Shown piece after piece: positions 57,460 through 64,000 of a stretch of DNA of 64,000 nt; position 1 is the first letter of the stretch, and every line of letters starts with the position of its first letter. The stretch lies in assembly GCA_965221165.1 (NCBI GenBank), contig CBDCRP010000002.1, positions 416,001 to 480,000 on the forward strand, read 5' to 3'. The notes beneath the pieces were generated by a model. That model did no database searches. It saw nothing but the letters and a program-made list of their open reading frames with translations, and was not told the origin of the DNA. The position numbers were made by a program, and so were the translations under genes. The DNA comes from a bacterium. GTDB taxonomy: Bacteria; UBA8248.

Positions 57460-57921
57460 TCAAACGCGGAAATTCTGGGCTTTTGGAGGTTCCGCCGTCT
57501 CGGCGTCCACGGCGCATCCCTCCACCCAGGCCACGCCGTCTTCGCCAAACTCTTTCTTCCATACCGGCAAGATCTGCTTGATGCGGTCGATCGCATAGCG
57601 GCACGCCTTGAAGGCCGCGTCCCGGTGGGCGGAGGCCGCCGCGATGCCCACCGCAATGTCGCCTATTGCGAGCGTTCCCACCCGGTGGGCCATCGCCAGG
57701 TGGGTGACGCCGAAACGTTCTTCGATCTCCTCGGCGACCTGGCGCATCTTTTTTTCCGCCATCTCGGGATAGGCGTGGTATTCGAGATGCGTGACCCCCT
57801 GCCCCGCGCTGTGGTTGCGCACCTTGCCCACGAACGTGCAGAGCCCGCCGAGTTCGGGAGAATCGATGCTACCCGTCAACTCGTCCATGTCGATGGCGGA
57901 ATCCGCGATGCGGCAAATCAT
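57460..57921 (-). CDS. moaE: Molybdopterin synthase catalytic subunit
   Basis: FVGKVRNH, LEYHAYPEMA, HRVG.L.IGD, AHR and PVWKKE motifs. ATGA overlap with moaD. Confidence 0.93.
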   Translation of the reverse strand: MICRIADSAIDMDELTGSIDSPELGGLCTFVGKVRNHSAGQGVTHLEYHAYPEMAEKKMRQVAEEIEERFGVTHLAMAHRVGTLAIGDIAVGIAAASAHRDAAFKACRYAIDRIKQILPVWKKEFGEDGVAWVEGCAVDAETAEPPKAQNFRV

Positions 57922-58169
57922 GCGCAACCTCCGCTGATGGGCGGAATCAACGCCAGTTCATCGCCCACCACCACGGGCGTGCCCTCGCCTGCGAACTCCT
58001 GATTGACGGATACGGCGATGGACTCCATCCGCCCCGAAAAAACCGGAAACCGCTCGGCGAGGCTATCCCTCAAATCGGCCACCGTGGCGCCCTCGGGCAC
58101 TTCGAGGTCGATTTCCTCCTCGCCCGTCACCTCCTTCGCCCAAGCGAAGCATTTGACGCGAACTATCAT
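57918..58169 (-). CDS. moaD: Molybdopterin synthase sulfur carrier, C-terminus GG-Cys-Ala
   Basis: VKCFA, ATVADL, AVSVNQE and GDELALIPPISGG-CA motifs. Confidence 0.92.
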   Translation of the reverse strand: MIVRVKCFAWAKEVTGEEEIDLEVPEGATVADLRDSLAERFPVFSGRMESIAVSVNQEFAGEGTPVVVGDELALIPPISGGCA

Positions 58170-58348
58170 TTGATCCCTCACTCTCACTGCTACGATATAG
58201 ACGCCGCCTCCGGGCGGCCGCCCCTGATCCTCAAAAACAATTCTTACACTCTCCTCGGGATGATAGATATTCCAACCGGCGGAATCAAGGGGATGCTCCC
58301 GCCAATCCGCTCTTCTTGTCCATCTTTAGCGGGTGTATACTCACCCGC

Positions 58349-59509
58349 ATGAAAATCGCCTCTCATCCCGAACTATCCAAAACCCTTGCAAATGCGCTCG
58401 AAAACGGCCCAATCCCCTTTCGCCGCTTCATGGAGATCACCCTCTACCATCCGGTGGGCGGCTATTATTGCCATGAAAACTCCCGAATCGGGCCTGATGG
58501 CGATTTCTACACCTCTCCCCACCAAAGCCCCTGGCTCGGGCGGATGATTGCGCCGCTTCTCGATAAAATCCGGCGGCGCATGGGCGAGGCACCCTCGCTG
58601 CACATATGGGAATACGGCCCGGGAGAGGGATGGCTCGCTTTCGATATCCTCGAATCGATTCGCTCCTCGCGCCCTGCTTTCGAGGAGGCCATCACTTATA
58701 CGTTTGCCGAACAAAGTGATCCGGCCAGAGAGCGGATAAGGGAAAAATTCCAGGATTCCGATAAAATTCAATTTTTAGACCCCACGTTGTATCCGTCCCC
58801 GGGCTTCGAGGGCGTCGTGCTCGCCCATGAGTTCCTGGACGCCCTACCCGTCCACTCCCTCATTCAGAAAGAGACACATCTACAAGAAAGGTATGTGACG
58901 TGGCGCGACGCGAGGCTTCTCTTCAGCGAGGGCGCGCTCTGCGATGAGCGCCTGTACGGCTGGTTCTCCGAATTGGGTGTTCAACTCTCTCCTGGACAGA
59001 TGGCGGAGGTGAACCTGTGCGCCTTCGACTGGGTGAGTGAGGTGGCGCGCCGGATGGAGCGGGGTGCCATATTGATCTTCGACTATGGGTTCTCCGCTCG
59101 TGTACTCTACAGCCCCACCCGCCCGGCCGGCGCGTTGCGCGGCTACAGAAACCACACCCTCACGAGCGATGTCCTGTCCCGTCCCGGAGAAACTGACCTC
59201 ACCAGCCACGTCGATTTCACTTCCATCTTCCGAGCGGCCGCATCCCACGGCATGGAACTCGCAGGCTTTACGGATCAGACGCGCTTTCTTCTGGGAGCCG
59301 GCCTGCCCCAGGCGGTGGAAAACGCGAGGGGTGGCGATGATGAAAAAACCAGGCGCGAGCGGCAATCCATCATGGGCATCATGGACCCCACGGGTCTGGG
59401 CGGGGCCATAAAGGTCATGTTGTTGTCCAAAAATCTGAAGCTGGATGATTTGAGCGAGTTTTCGATGAAGCCCGACGACAGGGAGTCTCTCGAGACGCTT
59501 ACAAGCTAG
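58349..59509 (+). CDS. SAM-dependent methyltransferase, MidA/NDUFAF7 family
   Basis: FMEITLYHP..GYY, GDFYTSP, EYGPGEG, HEFLDALPVH and DLTSHVDF motifs. Confidence 0.88.
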   Translation: MKIASHPELSKTLANALENGPIPFRRFMEITLYHPVGGYYCHENSRIGPDGDFYTSPHQSPWLGRMIAPLLDKIRRRMGEAPSLHIWEYGPGEGWLAFDILESIRSSRPAFEEAITYTFAEQSDPARERIREKFQDSDKIQFLDPTLYPSPGFEGVVLAHEFLDALPVHSLIQKETHLQERYVTWRDARLLFSEGALCDERLYGWFSELGVQLSPGQMAEVNLCAFDWVSEVARRMERGAILIFDYGFSARVLYSPTRPAGALRGYRNHTLTSDVLSRPGETDLTSHVDFTSIFRAAASHGMELAGFTDQTRFLLGAGLPQAVENARGGDDEKTRRERQSIMGIMDPTGLGGAIKVMLLSKNLKLDDLSEFSMKPDDRESLETLTS

Positions 59510-61296
59510 CCGCCTGCCGGACGTATGGCGCGAAGCTCAAGTTGCATCCTGGTGCTGCCGCGCCAGCGGTTCAGGCTGGGAGAAAACGCGATGTCCAGCT
59601 TGCCCTTTAAACGCTCCGGCTCTTTGAGCAAGGCCCCCATGCCGAAGCCGATGGCTTCTCTCTGATCGCGGAATTGCCGCAAGCCCAGCTTGAGATGCTC
59701 GCCCTCCCGGCCCACCACGCCCGGGCTTCCGGCCACCTCGACCTGAGAAGAGCAAAACAGAGGCCTCGGGTTCTCCTCCCCGAAAGGCGCCATGCCCTCG
59801 AGTTGCTCCAGGAGCGGCACGTCCATTTCGGAGAAATCGACGGCAGCGTCGAGCACGAGACTGCGCTCATCCGCTTCAGGCTCCTTCATCCCGCGAATCA
59901 CCTCCTGAAAGCGCGCCCTGAAAGCGTCTATCTTCTCCTCTTCCACCTTCAGCCCCGCGGCGCCCTTGTGCCCGCCAAATTGAATCAAGAGGTCAGAGCA
60001 GCGTTCGAGCGCTTTATGGACATGAAGACCCATGGCCGAGCGAACGGAGCCCTTGCCCACCCCGCCCTTGACGTGGATGAGGACCGAGGGCTGGTGATAT
60101 TCCTCCACGAGCTTCGCGGCCACGATGCCCACCACGCCGGGGTGCCATTTGTCGCTCGCCAGCACAATGGCCTCCTCACGGGCGGCGGCCCCCGACGATT
60201 CCATGGTGGCTATCGCCTCCTCCCAGGCTTCCTGCTGCAAGTTCTGGCGTTGGCGATTCCACTCCTCGAGCACTTCCGCACGGGAGCGCGCCTCGCCCTC
60301 GTCATCGGCGGTGAGAAGCTCAACGCCAAAGGAGGCTTCTCCCACGCGCCCCGCCGCGTTGAGCCTCGGCGCAAGCGAGAAGGAAACGTGTCCCACATTG
60401 ATCACCTGGGCTTTGAGGTTCGCCGCCGCTTGCAGCGCGCGAATTCCCGCCTTTCGCCGATCCAAAGTCTCGAACCCGCCTTCGGCCACCTCGGAAGGCG
60501 ATAAAATTTCAAGCCCATGACGCACGAAAATGTGATTCTCACCCCGGAGGGGAACCACGTCGGCCACCGTACCCAACGCCACCAAGTCCAGATGCTGTTT
60601 GAGGTTCGGCAGCGGCGTCTCGAACCCGCCCTCATGCAAGCGTCTTCTGATGGCGGTAACCAGCTTGAACGCGACCCCGACTCCGCAAAGCCCTCGAAAG
60701 GGATATGCACAACCCCGCTGGCGGGGGTTCAGGACGGCCACGGCGTGAGGCAATTCATCGGGCGGGCGGTGATGATCGGTGATGATGAGGCGAACTCCCA
60801 TTTTATCGGCTTCTCTTGCGGCGGCATGCGCACTGATGCCGCAATCAACCGTCACCACCGTGTCGCAGCCCGCTTCTTTCAACCTCTTCAAACCCTTGGG
60901 GTGCAGGCCGTATCCCTCATCCAGTCGACCCGGAATGTAGTAGGGAACTTTGACGCCCACTTGGGAGAGAAACCGGCACATGAGCGCCGTGGCGGAGATG
61001 CCGTCTACGTCATAATCCCCATAAACGCCGATGGGACGGCGGTTTCTTATCGGCTCCAAGAGATGTGAGGCCGCCTTCTCCATCCCCTTCATCAAGAACG
61101 GATCATGCAGCCCCGCCAGGGGCGCATTCAGGAACCTGCACGCCTCATCGGTGTTTTGCATCCCCCTTTGCGCGAGGAGCTTCCCCATCAACGGGGGCAG
61201 GTTCAATTCTCGGGAAAGTTTTTCGGCCGATTCCTGATCGACGGGGCGCAGAGTCCACTTGCGGGGAAAAGCGAGCGGGCCGGTGGAATAACTCAT
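59506..61296 (-). CDS. recJ: Single-stranded-DNA exonuclease RecJ
   Basis: GDYDVDG, TVDCG, TDHH, GTVADVVPL, PRLNAAGR, FGGH and PFGEENP motifs. Start uncertain (alternative 61359). Confidence 0.95.
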   Translation of the reverse strand: MSYSTGPLAFPRKWTLRPVDQESAEKLSRELNLPPLMGKLLAQRGMQNTDEACRFLNAPLAGLHDPFLMKGMEKAASHLLEPIRNRRPIGVYGDYDVDGISATALMCRFLSQVGVKVPYYIPGRLDEGYGLHPKGLKRLKEAGCDTVVTVDCGISAHAAAREADKMGVRLIITDHHRPPDELPHAVAVLNPRQRGCAYPFRGLCGVGVAFKLVTAIRRRLHEGGFETPLPNLKQHLDLVALGTVADVVPLRGENHIFVRHGLEILSPSEVAEGGFETLDRRKAGIRALQAAANLKAQVINVGHVSFSLAPRLNAAGRVGEASFGVELLTADDEGEARSRAEVLEEWNRQRQNLQQEAWEEAIATMESSGAAAREEAIVLASDKWHPGVVGIVAAKLVEEYHQPSVLIHVKGGVGKGSVRSAMGLHVHKALERCSDLLIQFGGHKGAAGLKVEEEKIDAFRARFQEVIRGMKEPEADERSLVLDAAVDFSEMDVPLLEQLEGMAPFGEENPRPLFCSSQVEVAGSPGVVGREGEHLKLGLRQFRDQREAIGFGMGALLKEPERLKGKLDIAFSPSLNRWRGSTRMQLELRAIRPAGG

Positions 61297-61375
61297 CGGC
61301 CCTTCATGCCCCCTTACTCCGCCCGCAACCGCTGCGCCGGCAGAGTCGACTCCAGACAAGCGTATCGATCATAGG

Positions 61376-63178
61376 TCACTCACGACTACGCCCGCCCTGG
61401 GCGCCTTTCGAGGACCACGTAGCGTCATCGTCCGCCGGGGCCGCTTCGGCCGAGTTCTCCGCGGACGATTCGCCCTCGGAATCATCTTGGGGCGATTCGG
61501 CCATCGGGACGATTCCCGGGCCGAGTTCCTCGAGTTCACCCTCTTCGTCCGGGTCCGGACGCGGAGATGCGCGCCTGCGCCATCCGTCTCTGATGGAAGG
61601 CTTCGGCATGGAGCGCGCCATCATCTCGCGCGCCCCTTTGAAGTGGGTGTTCACGGGATTCGAAAAATTCCGGTTCAACGAAACTATCGAGCGCACCAAC
61701 TCGCCCGTGAGGCCTTTGGGCCGGCAAGCATTTCCGTTCATGAGAACAGAGAAGGCGAGGATTTCCCCGTTTCTCGCGGCCGCGTATCCGCTGAAGGCGC
61801 GCACGCCGTTCAGCACGCCCGTCTTCACCCGCACCCGGCGCGAATCGACTCCCCGGCGGCGTCTTTTTTGCACCGTGCCGTCGACGCCGAACACGGCGAG
61901 AGACGCCATGAACTCTGGCCGCAGCCTGAAATCGTTATGCGCCGCTTCGAGCAGGGTCGCCAGAGAGCGCGCCGAGGCGCGGTTCATCCTGCTTAAGCCC
62001 GAACCGTCGGCGAGGGCGATCTCCTCCGCCGAGACGCCGATGGAGATCAGGAAATCGCGCACGACGCGCAGGCCTTTTTCCGCGGTGCCCGGCGCGCCGT
62101 GCGCTTCTGCGCCCATTGTCTTGAGAACCTGTTCGGCCACGAAATTGTTGCTGAACTTGTTGAGCCCCCGAACCACCTCGCTCAAGGGCGGTGAGAGGTT
62201 TCGCGCCAGAAGCTTCGCTTCGGGCGGCGTGGCGGCCCGCCGTATGCCTCCCTTCAAGACGATTCCCTGCCTCCCCAGTTCGGCGGCGACCGCGCCTGCG
62301 GTGAAGGCGGTGGGGTCCGTGACGGGCACCCGGTACCTCCTCATCCTGCTTCCAGCCGGAAACCAACCACTTACCAGAACGACGTCCTTTCCCTTGGAGC
62401 GCCTGCGCCCGAGCCGGATCCTCAAGCGCCTGCCGCGAGAGGTCTTCACTTTCGCCTGGAGGCGAAGCGCGCGCGATGGCGGCTCGAGATTCACCAAGGC
62501 CGGGCCGCCGACCCTCTCGCCCGGGGCCACAAGCACGTTCGACAAACCAAAATTCAGGGATAGCGCCCCGTGCGGCGCCAGATAGGGCCGGATGGAGCGG
62601 CCCACGCGCCACCCGCGACCGTGTTTTTTCTTATCGAAAAACGAATCGTCCGCCACCAGATCGCCCATGACGCGCCTCACGCCGCGCAGTTTGAGCCGGC
62701 GCACCAAGTCGCGCATTTTTTCATGCACGAAAAGCGGATCGCCGTAGCCCTTCAGATAAAGGTCACCTCGGACGACGCCCTCTCGAACCTTGCCCTTCGC
62801 GTAAAAATCGGTGGCGAAGCGATAGTCAGGCCCCAGGCGCGCGAGCGCGGTGGCGGCCGTAAAGAGTTTGACGTTCGACGCGGGTATGCGCCTCGCAGCG
62901 GCCTTATGGGAATAAAGCGTCTGCGCGGTGGAAACCGAACGAACGTAGAGACCGAGGAGTCCGGGGCGGGCGCATTGCCTTTTAACGGCGCGCTTCACCC
63001 TGGCCTGGAAGACGGCCTTAGACGTGATGCCTTTTTTCGAAGCGATCCTTTTTTTAGGAGCGCGCCTTTTTCTTGCGGCGAAGGCGTCCGACGCGCACGA
63101 GGCGATGAGGCACAAAACAACCGCCCATATGGAAAATCTCAAAAACCGGCCCGCTGGGTCGTGTTCGGTGAATCTCAT
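61376..63178 (-). CDS. dacB: D-alanyl-D-alanine carboxypeptidase/endopeptidase PBP4 (peptidase S13)
   Basis: PASNVK (SxxK), SNN, DGSGLSR and KTG motifs, with a signal peptide. Confidence 0.92.
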   Translation of the reverse strand: MRFTEHDPAGRFLRFSIWAVVLCLIASCASDAFAARKRRAPKKRIASKKGITSKAVFQARVKRAVKRQCARPGLLGLYVRSVSTAQTLYSHKAAARRIPASNVKLFTAATALARLGPDYRFATDFYAKGKVREGVVRGDLYLKGYGDPLFVHEKMRDLVRRLKLRGVRRVMGDLVADDSFFDKKKHGRGWRVGRSIRPYLAPHGALSLNFGLSNVLVAPGERVGGPALVNLEPPSRALRLQAKVKTSRGRRLRIRLGRRRSKGKDVVLVSGWFPAGSRMRRYRVPVTDPTAFTAGAVAAELGRQGIVLKGGIRRAATPPEAKLLARNLSPPLSEVVRGLNKFSNNFVAEQVLKTMGAEAHGAPGTAEKGLRVVRDFLISIGVSAEEIALADGSGLSRMNRASARSLATLLEAAHNDFRLRPEFMASLAVFGVDGTVQKRRRRGVDSRRVRVKTGVLNGVRAFSGYAAARNGEILAFSVLMNGNACRPKGLTGELVRSIVSLNRNFSNPVNTHFKGAREMMARSMPKPSIRDGWRRRASPRPDPDEEGELEELGPGIVPMAESPQDDSEGESSAENSAEAAPADDDATWSSKGAQGGRSRE

Positions 63179-63226
63179 ATTCGTTGTCCATCACATGGCG
63201 GGCGGAATGCCGGACCTTCTACATTG

Positions 63227-63754
63227 TCATAAAAAAGCCAAGGCCTGCATCACCTGCTGAACCGACGGGCGGTCGCTGGGATATTTGCCCACATGAACGT
63301 AGCGAACCACGCCGTTCTTGTCGATGATGAAAGTGGAGGGCCGGGCGATCCCCTCCCTCGGATGAAGCACCCCGAAGCCTTTGATGATTCGCTTCTTCGG
63401 ATCCGAGATCAGCAGATACCGAATGCCCAACTCCCGTATCGTCTTGTTCACTTCAAGCGCATTATCCGCGCCGATGGCGACGATTTTGGTCTGAAACCGA
63501 TGAATTTTATTGGAAAATCGCTGGAACTCGACGAGTTGCCGTTGGCAAATCACTCAGAAGTGACCCCGATAGAAAATCATCACGAGATTCTTCTTGCCCT
63601 TGAGGTCGGAGAGCTTGAAGCCCTGAATTTCGAACTCATGCGCCTTATCCCCCACCTTGGGGCGATTCTCGTCGAAAGGCGCCGCCGCCGCCATGCTCAC
63701 GCTCATGAGGACGAAAGCAAGCGCCATCGCCGCCGGACGTAAAGTTCGCTTCAA
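63227..63754 (-). CDS. Exported AhpC/TSA-like redoxin selenoprotein (UxxC), in-frame UGA at 63554-63556
   Basis: ORFs 63554-63808 and 63227-63553 are in frame. Read-through gives FYRGHF-U-VIC-QRQL, matching FYRGxWCPxC. PKVGD.A..F lies upstream; LISD and RPSTFIIDKNGVVRY lie downstream. Likely TTG start at 63754 gives a signal peptide. Confidence 0.87.
63523..63553 (-). promoter_or_regulatory. Candidate bacterial SECIS element
   Basis: mRNA after the UGA reads GUGAUUUGCCAAC-GG-C-AACUC-GUC-GAGUU-CC. The loop starts 21 nt after the UGA and begins with G. Confidence 0.6.
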
Positions 63755-63931
63755 CTGACACTTGCTCCTTCTCATCGGGGAAAACCTCCGGGTCATCGAG
63801 TCAAACAATCACGACCGAGGCGAATCTTAATCCGCCCGGAACGGGCTGTAAACCACGAGGACGCGCCGCATTGACTACGAGACGCGGCGTATGCGAATCT
63901 CCAAATGTCTCCCGCCCGCCGGTATATTCAG

Positions 63932-64000
63932 GTGAAAAACAAATCGCTCGCTTTAGTGGCTCTCATGCTCGCGGGCGCGGGTTTATCCGCCTGCGGGGAG
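63932..64000 (+). CDS. Probable lipoprotein, N-terminus only (runs off window)
   Basis: GTG start gives MKNKSLALVALMLAGAGLSAC-GE, with a basic N-region and an LSAC lipobox. Confidence 0.65.
   Translation, partial: MKNKSLALVALMLAGAGLSACGE

Noticed and set aside
57918-57920. moaD TGA as selenocysteine
   Set aside because: It is part of an ATGA coupling with moaE, and read-through gives a short meaningless peptide.
61065-62585. Long antisense and alternative-frame ORFs (e.g. 506 aa opposite dacB, 383 aa opposite the binding protein)
   Set aside because: They are shadow ORFs typical of high-GC DNA, overlapping well-supported genes and lacking motifs.

Overview
A GC-rich, gene-dense bacterial chromosomal segment with no integrase, transposase, phage genes or CRISPR array. 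The left two-thirds (1-41 kb) is a catabolic/redox accessory region. It holds hydrolases (creatininase, M20, M14, lactonase, three amidase-signature enzymes), a Zur-regulated znuABC locus and a luciferase-like/F420-type oxidoreductase operon. It also holds cupins, a Rieske protein with an AibH2/PtmU3-type amidohydrolase-fold enzyme, AcuI, a BisC-like molybdoenzyme with a triple-Rid protein and a dialkylglycine-decarboxylase-like aminotransferase. After an initiator tRNA-Met (41.3 kb) come housekeeping genes: ftsB, hemL, mtnP, asd, leuBDC, trpABF, a liv-type ABC system with two paralogous binding proteins, moaED, a MidA-type methyltransferase, recJ and dacB. The strongest signal is two genes that the ORF track splits at in-frame UGA codons. 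Both UGAs align with catalytic Cys and are followed by SECIS-like hairpins. One is a CxxU AhpD-type selenoprotein inside the LLM/F420 operon (8728-9327). The other is an exported UxxC redoxin (63227-63754). Also notable are a MoaD with a GG-Cys-Ala extension and an 850-bp convergent intergenic region with REP-like hairpins and exactly 10-bp-phased A-tracts. All calls come from motif recognition by eye; no database searches were run.
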